Source: an uncultured Actinomycetes bacterium (GTDB taxonomy: Bacteria; Actinomycetota; UBA4738; HRBIN12). Taken from it: a stretch of DNA of 64,000 bases. Below, one piece after another: positions 46,001 to 54,285 of the stretch; position 1 is the stretch's first letter; each line of letters opens with the position of its first letter. The notes below the pieces were generated by a model, which was not told the DNA's origin, made no database searches, and saw only the letters and a program-made list of their open reading frames with translations. The stretch is from contig CAVTOC010000006.1 of the NCBI GenBank assembly GCA_963736335.1, positions 650,140-714,139 of the forward strand, in the 5' to 3' direction. The position numbers and the translations under genes are program-made.

Positions 46001-46381
46001 GAGCGCCAGGCCGGCGAGCACGGGGATGCCGATCATCAGGAACGCGCTGAAGCTGTACTGGTCGATGCCCGCGACCCGCTGGAGCAGCGCGCCCGCGAGG
46101 GGCGTGGTGATCCGGTATCCCCCGCTGAACGTGGAACCGGGACCCCACTCGCGCACGACCGATCCCGGAGACGACTCCAGGATGACGTTCGCGCGCCAGG
46201 TGTACCAGGCTGGGTCCCGCGTCGGCGCCGTGATGGTCGGGTGGAGCAGGAACTGCCAGCCAAGTGCGAGCAGGAGCAGGAGGGCCACCAGCGCGATGAC
46301 CCACCAATGACCGAGGCGGCTCTCGGTCGGTGGCGGAGTATCGGTGGGGGCCTGAGCTCGCTCGGTATCGGTCAGCGCCAT
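43010..46381 (-). CDS. 1,123-aa polytopic membrane fusion: N-terminal GT-C-like multi-TM module with a roughly 180-aa extracytoplasmic domain, plus a C-terminal MFS transporter
   Basis: N-terminal half: about 11 hydrophobic helices, first loop TRDPAWYTWRA, soluble segment YDGLAHRWASEKAQWINEDARV...AEKAHLDDHPG. C-terminal half: about 12 helices with MFS motif A PFIGVGIDRFERRRIL (about 44088-44130). It is one uninterrupted frame. Confidence 0.8.
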   Translation of the reverse strand: MALTDTERAQAPTDTPPPTESRLGHWWVIALVALLLLLALGWQFLLHPTITAPTRDPAWYTWRANVILESSPGSVVREWGPGSTFSGGYRITTPLAGALLQRVAGIDQYSFSAFLMIGIPVLAGLALGAGAYRSRRDPLIVLLCMLVAAALFLTIPYVGYLDNTLMLFLLCALLPFLGASRTSWGARSAVFLISVAAAFTHPTTCVIFGVVLLAVFGFHFLTSRFSFGAALRSDGPMLMSCGFGMIAGLAMWVVGIWGPSASLSDAALPPPYTKAFFLARLGQWVGSLQPLVIGPLIVVAIVSTILLARRERKPANTFDMVSIWWMLPFLGSFTFLTSAVVPYYRFMNATAAVMPLTALGAFVAIRWFLRLDGTKRAAGVLASVAVVGALGWVFYDGLAHRWASEKAQWINEDARVSLAAVHEAVADAGVRPNILIANFGDTATAYGWAKTYTNIMRTGLPGEDAQYSATYFGTLENYLAGQPTVGKDAGYTQTSSDYFKEVQARERAVDADPIVILVGQFYGGGLDQEAALAQGVSIGPDVSVITGDGLYTPSSETVAAANAAAAAEKAHLDDHPGPLGDPLHTLRVIVGLFFLAVLPGLIASDWFELNDTPSKMGLIPAMSIALTLLSGIVLLTVWRGPLTTVKGWAAVALATLFALGLRFGNTRLNRVLGSFGGFFNTMFSVFSNRAYATLVGVQFLVQAGQGVIQGAFAKSIAFGGEKGFDVTVVPSAQYLLKVVLALYVPYTLVSPFIGVGIDRFERRRILSLSNIITAVVVSIVAVAVMLPLGKDTSEGNVGATVALIVGLLFIQGCTRVALAVKSAAIPDVLSGKDLLQGNGLSQAGGALFQVIGIGFAFGAAAALPSWMVVVMGAGVLVVAALVANRLERMEMQPHDSTFAQEAKRVVSSIVAGLKEVASRPPAALGLSSFQMLRYQFWGFCLFTFGLYAKNLVQSGADNLGLALVGGGGFLGGAIGLVLAQKWKDRVPPIRLLMGAMLALGIATVVFGSQVSLPGFAALLFVGFFTFFLGKISADTIMQQSMPDDFRGRAFALFDIAYNLGFIIPALILSFVWIEDDPTRTRAILVVSGVIFLLLTLVIYRWSRRIRDQFAPQDDLVEDLVGAE

Positions 46382-46406
46382 GCGGGCGACATCCTACCGG
46401 GAGGGT

Positions 46407-48062
46407 CTAACCGGCGGCTTGAGCTTCCGGAAGACACGGAAGGTGCTGCATCAGGTCCGACGGGAACGCGGCCTCGAACACCGGATCGTTCGCGGTCGCG
46501 GGGTCGACGGTTTGTGTGGGCGATGCCGTCTGCGCCTGGGTGAGCGTCATGACGTAGCGCGCGACGTCGGCCACCGTGAAGCCGTTCTGCTCGAGCTCCG
46601 GAACGTTCAGGAACACCTGCGACGGCTGCACGAGCTCCACGACCGGGGTGTTGTCGCCGTCCTTGTCGAAGTGCGCGTTGATGCCCGCCTGGATCGGGGG
46701 CGTCTGGATCTGGAACCCCCCGCTGACGGCCGGATCGGGCATCGCGCCGTGGTCCGCGGTGAGCACCATCGCCCAGTTGCCCTTCCCGACCTGCTTGTTG
46801 AGGAAGCCGACGAACCGCTTGAGCGCGAGGTCCTGCGCCACGACGGCGTCGCGCATCTCGAGCGAGTTCATCGTCCAGACGTGGCTGACGTAGTCGATCT
46901 CCTTGAAGTTGAGGTACAGGAGGTCGGGCATGTCGTCCTTGCCGAACCCTTCGTGCTGGATCACCGTCTCGACCACACGCTCCTGGTACGGCGTGCGCGC
47001 CGGCGTATCGAACCCCTTCAGCAGCTGATCGATGGAGTTGCCGCGCCACAGGCCGTCGAGCTTGCCGTCGGCCTGATCGACACGGCGGACGTCTTGCGCG
47101 AACCCCGGCACGTCGTTCGCGTAGCTCGCGAGCTTGTAGTACGCGGCGTCCCTCGGGGGGAGGTTCCAGGTGAACCCCTCGTCCGTGAGCGTCGTCCCGC
47201 CGACCACAGAACGGGTCAACGCGATGTCGCGGTCGCCTCCGGTGAAGAACGAGCCGTGCCCGAGCATGCCGAAGTGGATGTCGACGGTGCCGACGATGCC
47301 GACGACCGGCTTGTTGTGCATCGCACGGTCGTAGATGTCGGCGAGCGTCGGCTCGATCAGGAACGCCGGCCCCTCGTTCCACGGGCTGGTCAGGCGATCG
47401 CCGACGATCAGGTGGTGCCCGGTGATCCCGTTGTGGTCGGGGAAGTCGCCGGTGCCGATGATGGCGTGATCCTGCGCGGTGCTGGTCGGCGACGAACCGA
47501 CGCTCGCGTCCGAGAACCATGTGCCCTTGGGGATCAGGGAGTCCAGGTACGGATGCGCATCCGGCCATGCGTTGAGCACGTTCATGCCGCCCGCGTCCCA
47601 CACCAGGGTGACCAACAGCTTCGGAGGGTTGGCGGTGGGCAGGACCGCCTCGTTCATCGGCTGGCCGTCGATCGGGTGGAACCCGTCGAAGTGCAGGATC
47701 TTCGCAGCGGTGGGCGCGATGCCCGCCAGGGTCACGGGGCGCTTCACGGTCTTGCCGGCGGGCACGAACCCCGGCCCGTACCAGAGCATCGGCACGTCCT
47801 CCACGTAGTCCCAGGGACCCACGTGCGGGAATCCCGAGCCGACGAAGTTCGGTTCCTGTGGGATGTACGAGAGTTGCGCGCCGCGATCGGGCCGCCAGCC
47901 ACGCCACGTCCGCAGCAGGAACTCGTGCGGGACCGAGCACGCCAGGTTCACCAGGTCCTGGTCGCCCGTCTGGGCACGAGCAGACAGGCGCGGCACCGTA
48001 ACGGCGGACGTCACGAGCAGGGCGAAGACGAGCGTGAGCAGGACGAAACGCCTCGGAGTCAT
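46407..48062 (-). CDS. Alkaline-phosphatase-superfamily enzyme (nucleotide pyrophosphatase/phosphodiesterase-like), N-terminally anchored or secreted
   Basis: ATG at 48062 gives MTPRRFVLLTLVFALLVTSAVTV. Motifs: LVWDAGG, SSPTSTAQDHAIIGTGDFPDHNGITGH, EIDYVSH, LTADHG. Its stop lies 25 nt before the fusion-gene ATG. Confidence 0.8.
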   Translation of the reverse strand: MTPRRFVLLTLVFALLVTSAVTVPRLSARAQTGDQDLVNLACSVPHEFLLRTWRGWRPDRGAQLSYIPQEPNFVGSGFPHVGPWDYVEDVPMLWYGPGFVPAGKTVKRPVTLAGIAPTAAKILHFDGFHPIDGQPMNEAVLPTANPPKLLVTLVWDAGGMNVLNAWPDAHPYLDSLIPKGTWFSDASVGSSPTSTAQDHAIIGTGDFPDHNGITGHHLIVGDRLTSPWNEGPAFLIEPTLADIYDRAMHNKPVVGIVGTVDIHFGMLGHGSFFTGGDRDIALTRSVVGGTTLTDEGFTWNLPPRDAAYYKLASYANDVPGFAQDVRRVDQADGKLDGLWRGNSIDQLLKGFDTPARTPYQERVVETVIQHEGFGKDDMPDLLYLNFKEIDYVSHVWTMNSLEMRDAVVAQDLALKRFVGFLNKQVGKGNWAMVLTADHGAMPDPAVSGGFQIQTPPIQAGINAHFDKDGDNTPVVELVQPSQVFLNVPELEQNGFTVADVARYVMTLTQAQTASPTQTVDPATANDPVFEAAFPSDLMQHLPCLPEAQAAG

Positions 48063-48122
48063 TGGCCGACTAGCGTCCCCGACAGCGCACCGAACGACAA
48101 CCCAGGCGGTAGCCTCGACGAC

Positions 48123-49431
48123 GTGGGATCCGGGCGGCGCCTCACCGTGCTGGTCGTCGCGTTGGCGCTGGTCGGCGCGCCTGCGGTCGCCCTCACGGCG
48201 TTCTGCGTGGGCAAGAGCTGTGCCGACGAGGACCAGGCGTCGGCGGCGGTTCCCTTCTGCGCCCTTCCCGGCGACCTGCGGGCGCAGATCGAGGCCGGGT
48301 TCCGGCAGGGTCATTCACCGGACGTCATGGCGGCGACGAGCGGGGCCGACATCGTGGGGGGCACGACCGGGAGCTCGGACGCCGCTTGGCCCCGTGCACC
48401 GCTCACGGCGCTGCAGAACAGCGTCCCCATCGTGTGGTTCGGTCACGGCGTCAAGGCAAGCGAGATCCCGCCCGGCACGGGCCTGGACAGCATCGCCCCG
48501 ACCGTCGCCCGCCTGATCGGATACGACCGGCCGCATCCGGAGATCCGCAGCAGGGGCACCATCGGCGACGGCCGTCCGTCCGAACGCCGATCCTCGGCTC
48601 GTGGTCGAGATCGTCTGGAAGGGTGTCGGGAGCGAGGCGTTCTCGCATGGCTTCTCGGCGTGGACGGAACGACTGGCGTCGGGAGGCGACGTCGCGAGCA
48701 CCCTGCGGGCAACGACCGGCTCGCTGCCGGTCGAACCGGCGACGACGCTCACCACGATCGGCACCGGCGGCCTGCCGTTCCAGCACGGCATCACGGGCAG
48801 CCTCATCCGTGACAGGGATGGCGCCGCGATGCCGGCATGGAGCGCCTCCGTACCGACCTCCATCATCGCGACGCTGCCCGACGATTGGGATCACGCTCAG
48901 AACCAGCGGCCTCGGATCGGACTGATCGCACCGGATCCGACCGACCGAGGTCTCATCGGCGGCACGTGGTACCTGGATCACGATCGCGACGACCTCGTGT
49001 TCGGACGGCACGATCCCGTGCGCGCCGTCGGCCGGTTGCTCCGGTCCGGATACGGCGTCGACGGCACGACCGACATCCTTGGCGTCGTGCTCGCCGGGTC
49101 GGACGCGGACGCCCAGACGCGCGCGATCGTCGGAGCCGTTCGCAACGCCGTGCCCGACGCGACGTTCGTCGTCACCGCCTCCGGCCGGACCGGTCGGTCC
49201 GATGGAAGCGGAGCGGCGGTCGGTCGCAGGGTCGACGGAGCGATCGGATCGCCGGTCGTCGCCGCGGTCGTGCCCGGAGGTCTCTTCCTGGATCAGGCCG
49301 TGATGGCGGCGAACGACATCACGTCCGACGACGTGGTCCGCGCGATGGACGCGATGACCGCGCCCGACGGAACGCCGCTGTTCGCCGATGCGTATCCCGG
49401 ATTCGCGATCTCGTTCTCGAGGTACTGCTGA
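48123..49431 (+). pseudogene. Degenerate NPP/AlkP-family paralogue with one frameshift near 48552
   Basis: GTG at 48123 gives VGSGRRLTVLVVALALVGAPAVA. ...GYDRPHPEIRS continues in another frame as GAPSATAVRPNADPRLVVEIVWKGVGSEAF...TTLTTIGTGGLPFQHGITGS...VVTASGRTG. Removing one A from AGCAGGGGC restores the frame. Metal-ligand motifs are replaced (VWDAGG to VWKGVG; TADHG to TASGR). Confidence 0.65.
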
Positions 49432-50450
49432 TGGCCGTCGACGTCGCGCGCCCGGACGTCTCTCCGCCGCAGACGGGGTCGTCGCGCCGAACCGCGCTGG
49501 CGGTGCTCGGGGGACTCGCCCTGATCGCGGTGGCCGTTCGCGTGGCCGACCCGGAGCGGATCGCGTGGCTGCAGAACTTCCTGATCGTCTTCGGGTCGCT
49601 GCTCGTCGAGGCGACGCCGTTCATCCTGTTGGGCGCGTTCGTGTCCGCGGCGATCGAGGTCTTCGTGCCGACGTCGACGTTCGCGCATCTGGCCCGTTTG
49701 CCGCGTCCACTGCAGCTCCCCGCAGCGGCGCTCGCGGGGATCGCGTTCCCCGTGTGCGAATGCGGGTCCGTCCCGGTCGCGCGCCGGCTGGCCAGCAAGG
49801 GCCTGGCGCCGTCGGCCGCCATCACGTTCATGCTGGCCGCGCCCATCCTCAATCCGGTCGTCGTGGCCTCCACGTTCGTCGCCTATCGCGGGCGCGACTC
49901 GCTCTGGGTCATGGTGCTCGGCCGGATGGCCCTCGGGTTCCTGGTCGCCGTGGCCGTGGGGTGGGTGATCGGGGCGACCCGGAAGGAAGACATCTTGAAG
50001 GCGCGGCCCGGTGACGAGGACGTCGATGTCGAGGCCGGTCCGGACGAATCGCGATGGGCGCGGTTCACCTCGCACCTGAGCGGGGACTTCTTCTTCATGG
50101 GCCGCTTCCTCGTCATGGGAGCGGCCATCGCGGCCGCCGTGCAGACGTTCGTCCCGCAGACGATCGTGACGAGGCTGGCGAACCTGCCGGTCCTGTCGCT
50201 GCTCGCGATGATGGCGCTGGCGTTCTTGATGTCGCTCTGCTCGGAGTCGGACGCGTTCGTGGCGGCGTCGTTCACGTCGTTCGGGCCGGCGGCGCAGCTC
50301 GCGTTCCTGGTCTCGGGTCCGATGATCGACCTCAAGCTCGCCGCGCTCTACGCGGGCACGTACAGCAAGGGCTTCGTTCGCACCGTGATCGTGACCGTCG
50401 TGGCCGTCACGTTGGTCGGCACGCTCTGGATCCAGGTGGTGTTCGGATGA
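49431..50450 (+). CDS. COG0701/DUF318-type permease
   Basis: The ATG overlaps the upstream stop (TGATG). 339 aa, about 8 helices, FPVCECGSVPVARRL motif. Confidence 0.8.
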   Translation: MAVDVARPDVSPPQTGSSRRTALAVLGGLALIAVAVRVADPERIAWLQNFLIVFGSLLVEATPFILLGAFVSAAIEVFVPTSTFAHLARLPRPLQLPAAALAGIAFPVCECGSVPVARRLASKGLAPSAAITFMLAAPILNPVVVASTFVAYRGRDSLWVMVLGRMALGFLVAVAVGWVIGATRKEDILKARPGDEDVDVEAGPDESRWARFTSHLSGDFFFMGRFLVMGAAIAAAVQTFVPQTIVTRLANLPVLSLLAMMALAFLMSLCSESDAFVAASFTSFGPAAQLAFLVSGPMIDLKLAALYAGTYSKGFVRTVIVTVVAVTLVGTLWIQVVFG

Positions 50451-51154
50451 AGCTGCGCTGGAGCCCTTCGCGGGTCGCGACCGGCACCGTGCTGGCCGCG
50501 TGGGCTGCGTTCTTCTGGTTCCTGCTCGTGAGCGGGCGCTGGTCGCTCTACCTGTCGACGCGAACGTTCTGGGTGGTGCCGACCGGAGCCGTGCTGATGA
50601 CGATCGCGGCCGTGGGCCGGCTCGCGACGGCTCGCGTCATCCGACCGGAGCCGCTCCCGAGCGCCACGTCGTGGACGCTCGGCGTGGTCGCCCTCCCCGT
50701 GGTGCTGCTCATGGTCCTGCCTCCGGCCACCCTCTCCGGCTACGCGCTGGGGCGCCGAAGCTCGTTCGTCGGATCGGGCGTCGTGGTGTCGACGTCGGAC
50801 ATCGCTTCGGGAACGATCTCGTTCATCGACGTGGCGGCGGCGCAATCATCCAAGACCGGCATGGCGGCGCTGCGCTCACGGGCGGGAGAGCAGGTCACCC
50901 TGGAGGGGTTCGTGTGGCATGAGGACGGGGCCTCGGCCGACGAGATCCTGCTGACGCGGTACGTCGTCACGTGTTGTGTGGCGGACGCGACGAGCGCCCA
51001 GGTCCGCGTCGTGAACGTCCCTCCCGGCCGGTTCAAGCCGGACGACTGGGTGAGCGTCACCGGACGCATCTATCCCCTCGGGAGCGAGATCCTGGTCGAT
51101 GCGAGCGACGTCCACTCGATCGCCCAGCCGGAGCGGCCCTACCTCACGCCGTAG
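50447..51154 (+). CDS. TIGR03943/DUF1980-family membrane protein (usual partner of COG0701 permeases)
   Basis: ATGA start/stop coupling. Two N-terminal TM segments. The C-terminal domain carries LTRYVVTCCVADA. Confidence 0.75.
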   Translation: MKLRWSPSRVATGTVLAAWAAFFWFLLVSGRWSLYLSTRTFWVVPTGAVLMTIAAVGRLATARVIRPEPLPSATSWTLGVVALPVVLLMVLPPATLSGYALGRRSSFVGSGVVVSTSDIASGTISFIDVAAAQSSKTGMAALRSRAGEQVTLEGFVWHEDGASADEILLTRYVVTCCVADATSAQVRVVNVPPGRFKPDDWVSVTGRIYPLGSEILVDASDVHSIAQPERPYLTP

Positions 51155-51160
51155 CGCGCT

Positions 51161-51616
51161 TCACCGTCGGCGGGCGCAGTCCCCGCACGTGCCGATCAGG
51201 TCTAGCCGGTGGTCCACATCCGCGAAGCCCGCGCGCCTGGCCAGCCGGTCGAGCGTCTTGTCGAGCGTTCCCTCCAGGTCGGACGGCACGGTGACGTCCT
51301 CGACCCGGCCGCAGCGCGAGCAGATCAGGTGGTGATGGTGTTCGGTGAGCTCCTCGGTCAGCTCGAACCGAGCGAACTCACCCTCGGTGATCACGCGCCG
51401 AACCACCCCGGCCTGCTCCAGGACCGCCAGGTTCCGGTACGCCGAGCTCTGAGGAGGTGCCGACCGTCCCGACACGACGTCGGTCATGGAGACCGGCTTG
51501 CCCGCCCGCCGCAACATGTCCACCAGCGCGCGACGTTTCGGCGTGTAGCGCTGTCCCACCTCGTGCAGCCGCGTCTCGATCGTCGCGTGGAGGTCGCTCG
51601 CCACGGTGCGCATCAT
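51161..51616 (-). CDS. zur: Fur-family metalloregulator, zinc uptake regulator type
   Basis: MMRTVASDL...YTPKRRALVDMLRRAGKPVSMTDV..., HHHHLICSRCGRVEDV, CGDC. ATGA-coupled to the znuB stop. Confidence 0.8.
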   Translation of the reverse strand: MMRTVASDLHATIETRLHEVGQRYTPKRRALVDMLRRAGKPVSMTDVVSGRSAPPQSSAYRNLAVLEQAGVVRRVITEGEFARFELTEELTEHHHHLICSRCGRVEDVTVPSDLEGTLDKTLDRLARRAGFADVDHRLDLIGTCGDCARRR

Positions 51617-52470
51617 AGTTCGACCTCCTCGGTCGCGGGCAGCCGCGGCGCGACACCGCGCTTGGCCACCGCCACCACCACGAACACCGCGGCCGCGATG
51701 AGCACGATCGTGCCGCCGGGGGCCGTTCCCCAGATCCGGGATGCGGCAAGCCCGGCAACGACCGAGCTCACGCTGACCGCGACGGACCACCGAAGCGTGG
51801 AGCCGAACGACCGGGCGAGCACCTGACCGCTCGCCACCGGCAAGACCATCATCGCGGCGATCAGCAAGATGCCGACGATCCGCATCGCGGCGACGACGGC
51901 CACGGCCGTCAGCACGGCAAGCACGTTGTTCACGAAGCCGACCGGGAGACCCGAGACGCGCGACCAGTCCTCATCGGTCACGACCGCGAACAGCACGCGG
52001 CGCAGCAGGAGCATCGCCACGACGATCACCGCACCCAGGATCAGGATCACGACGAGCTCGCTGTCGTTCACCGTCAGCGGCTGACCGAACAGATACGTCA
52101 GCAGGCTCGCGTTCAGTCCGCCTCCGAGGCTCACCAAGACCACGCCGAGGGCGATGCCCGAATAGAAGAAGAGCGCGAGCGCGAGATCGCCGGATGCCCG
52201 GCGGCGCGATCGCAACCACTCGACCCCGAGCGCCCCGCCGACGGCGAACACCAACGCGGTCCACACCGGCCAGATGCCGGCGATCAACCCGGCGCCCACC
52301 CCCGCGAACGCGACGTGACCGATCCCGTCGCCGATCAGCGACATCCGCTTCTGCACCAGGAACGTCCCGATCATCGGCGCGAACACACCCACCGCGATGC
52401 CGGCCACCAGCGCGCGCTGCATGAACCCGAGCTCGAACGGATACGGGAGCGCGGACACGGGCCACGGCAT
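51613..52470 (-). CDS. znuB: Metal ABC transporter permease (ABC-3 / ZnuB family)
   Basis: FMQRALVAGIAVGVFAPMIGTFLVQKRMSLIGDGIGHVAFAGVGAG. 285 aa. Confidence 0.85.
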   Translation of the reverse strand: MPWPVSALPYPFELGFMQRALVAGIAVGVFAPMIGTFLVQKRMSLIGDGIGHVAFAGVGAGLIAGIWPVWTALVFAVGGALGVEWLRSRRRASGDLALALFFYSGIALGVVLVSLGGGLNASLLTYLFGQPLTVNDSELVVILILGAVIVVAMLLLRRVLFAVVTDEDWSRVSGLPVGFVNNVLAVLTAVAVVAAMRIVGILLIAAMMVLPVASGQVLARSFGSTLRWSVAVSVSSVVAGLAASRIWGTAPGGTIVLIAAAVFVVVAVAKRGVAPRLPATEEVEL

Positions 52471-53234
52471 CAGCGCAGCCCCTCGAGCCAGAGCGGGAGG
52501 TCCTCGCGGTGGACCCCCAGGCTCACGCCCTCGTCGACGAGCCTCGCCGGAGGACCATCGAACAACACCGTGCCCTTCAACACGACGACCCGATCCAGAT
52601 CGTTCGCGACGGCCGAGAGCTCATGGGAGACGAGCAGCACCCCGGCGCCGTGGTCCTGCATCAGGTGGACGAGCGAGTCGCGGAAGCGACGCTGCGACTC
52701 TGCGTCGACGCCGGCGATGGGTTCGTCCAACACCAGGAGCTGGGGCTCGCTCGCGAACGCCCGGGCGATGAAAGCTCGCTGCTGCTGTCCACCCGACAGC
52801 TCATTCACGGGTTTCTGCGCGAACTCCGCGAGCCCCACTGACTCCAACGCGTGTCGCGAGAATCCTCTGTCCTCCTTGCGGAGGGGACGCCACCAGCCCC
52901 GCTTCGCGAGGCGGCCCGTGGCCACGATCTCCTCGACCGTCGCGGGAACCTCGGATCCCAACACCGGGCGCTGCGGCACGTATCCGAGTCGCCATCGATC
53001 CTGCACGCGTGATGGGGAGAGACCGAAGAGACGCACCTCGCCCTCCGTCGGTGCGAGCGAGCCGAGCAGCAGCTTCACGAGCGTCGACTTGCCGGAGCCG
53101 TTGGGGCCGACGAGAGCCACGAACTCCCCCGGGCTCACGCGGAGGTCGACGTGATCGAGGACGGGCGTCCGCCCGTACGCGAACGATACGTCGATCGCCT
53201 CCAGCAGCGGAAGGCCGGCCGGAGCCTGCGCCAA
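52470..53234 (-). CDS. znuC: Metal ABC transporter ATP-binding protein (ZnuC family); start uncertain (TTG 53234 or ATG 53300)
   Basis: GPNGSGKSTL, LSGGQQQRAFIARA, LLVLDEP. Confidence 0.85.
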   Translation of the reverse strand: MAQAPAGLPLLEAIDVSFAYGRTPVLDHVDLRVSPGEFVALVGPNGSGKSTLVKLLLGSLAPTEGEVRLFGLSPSRVQDRWRLGYVPQRPVLGSEVPATVEEIVATGRLAKRGWWRPLRKEDRGFSRHALESVGLAEFAQKPVNELSGGQQQRAFIARAFASEPQLLVLDEPIAGVDAESQRRFRDSLVHLMQDHGAGVLLVSHELSAVANDLDRVVVLKGTVLFDGPPARLVDEGVSLGVHREDLPLWLEGLR

Positions 53235-53241
53235 GGTGCTG

Positions 53242-54210
53242 TCAGGAGCAGCCAAGCGCCGTCCGGAGGGTCGAGAGGTTCTCCTGCATCTGAGAACCAT
53301 AATCGTCTCCGGCAGCGACCTCCTCCTCCGTGAGCCCTTCGAGTGTGTGCAACACGGCGGTCTTCACGCCTGCTTCATCCGCGAGCGTCTGAGCCACTTT
53401 GGGAGACACCAGGTCCTCGGTGAAGATCGTCGTGATCCCTCGCTGCTGCACCAGGTCCTTCAATTGAGCAAGCCGCTGCGCGCTCGGTTCCTCGTCGGGC
53501 GCCAATCCGCTGATCGCCACCTGCGTGAGCCCGTATTCGGTAGCGAGGTATCCGAAGGCGGCGTGATTCGTGACGATAAGCGTTCGTTCGCACGACGCGA
53601 GGCCGGTCCGGTAGTCGTCGGCGAGCTGAGAGATGTCATGCTCGAACGCGTCAGCGTTCGTCTTGAACGTCGTGGCATCACCCGGCGACGCCTTCGTGAG
53701 CGCTCCACGCACCTCGTCAACCATCTTCGCGTAGAGGACCGGATCGAGCCACACATGCGGATCGACCGTGAGACCCGCCTCGCTTCCGCTGGGAGGTTCC
53801 ACCGTCGGCATCCCCGCCAGAAGATCGACAGCCACCCCTTCTGCGTCGCCCACCGCGTCCTGGACCGCAGGCTGGAAGCCGTTGCCGAGGTACAGGACCA
53901 CGTCTGCCGTCGTGATCGCTTCAACCTGATCAGGGCTGAGCTCGAGGTCATGCGGCTCGACCCCCGGCGCGGTGAGGTTGGTGACGTCGACGAGAGCGCC
54001 GCCGACCTTCTCCGCCGCCTCCTGCACGGGATAGAACGCCGCGACGACCGAGAGCTTGCCGGACGCGCCCTGATCCGATCCGCCGGCGCGTCCGCACGCG
54101 GTTCCGACGAGGGCGAGGACGGCGACGAGGACAACCCCGACCGAACGCACGGGACGACTGGCGAACGGGTCTGGCTCGCTGAACGTTGTCGGAATAAGAA
54201 TCGCTCTCAT
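53242..54210 (-). CDS. znuA: Metal ABC transporter substrate-binding lipoprotein (ZnuA/TroA cluster); alternative start at GTG 54150
   Basis: VVLVAVLALVGTACG signal, LSVVAAFYP, GVEPHDLELSP, DPHVWLDP, HAAFGYL. Confidence 0.85.
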   Translation of the reverse strand: MRAILIPTTFSEPDPFASRPVRSVGVVLVAVLALVGTACGRAGGSDQGASGKLSVVAAFYPVQEAAEKVGGALVDVTNLTAPGVEPHDLELSPDQVEAITTADVVLYLGNGFQPAVQDAVGDAEGVAVDLLAGMPTVEPPSGSEAGLTVDPHVWLDPVLYAKMVDEVRGALTKASPGDATTFKTNADAFEHDISQLADDYRTGLASCERTLIVTNHAAFGYLATEYGLTQVAISGLAPDEEPSAQRLAQLKDLVQQRGITTIFTEDLVSPKVAQTLADEAGVKTAVLHTLEGLTEEEVAAGDDYGSQMQENLSTLRTALGCS

Positions 54211-54211
54211 T
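54193..54211. promoter_or_regulatory. Candidate Zur box at the znuA 5' end
   Basis: The minus strand reads AATGAGA-GCGAT-TCTTATT, an imperfect inverted repeat and the only AT-rich patch locally. The core TGAGAGCGATTCTTA matches 9 of 15 positions of my recollection of actinobacterial Zur boxes (TGAAAATCATTTTCA). Confidence 0.35.
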
Positions 54212-54285
54212 ACCGTCGGAGGCTAGCAGTCCGTGTGCGCGACGGTCAACCCCGCGCCTCAGGGTTGCTGGGGGTCCCCGGGAGG

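Noticed and set aside
43920-46543. 795-aa minus-strand off-frame ORF and 758-aa plus-strand ORF over the GT-C::MFS fusion
   Set aside because: The 1,123-aa frame shows regular hydrophobic helices and MFS motif A. The alternatives are Arg/Gly/Pro-rich with no structure.
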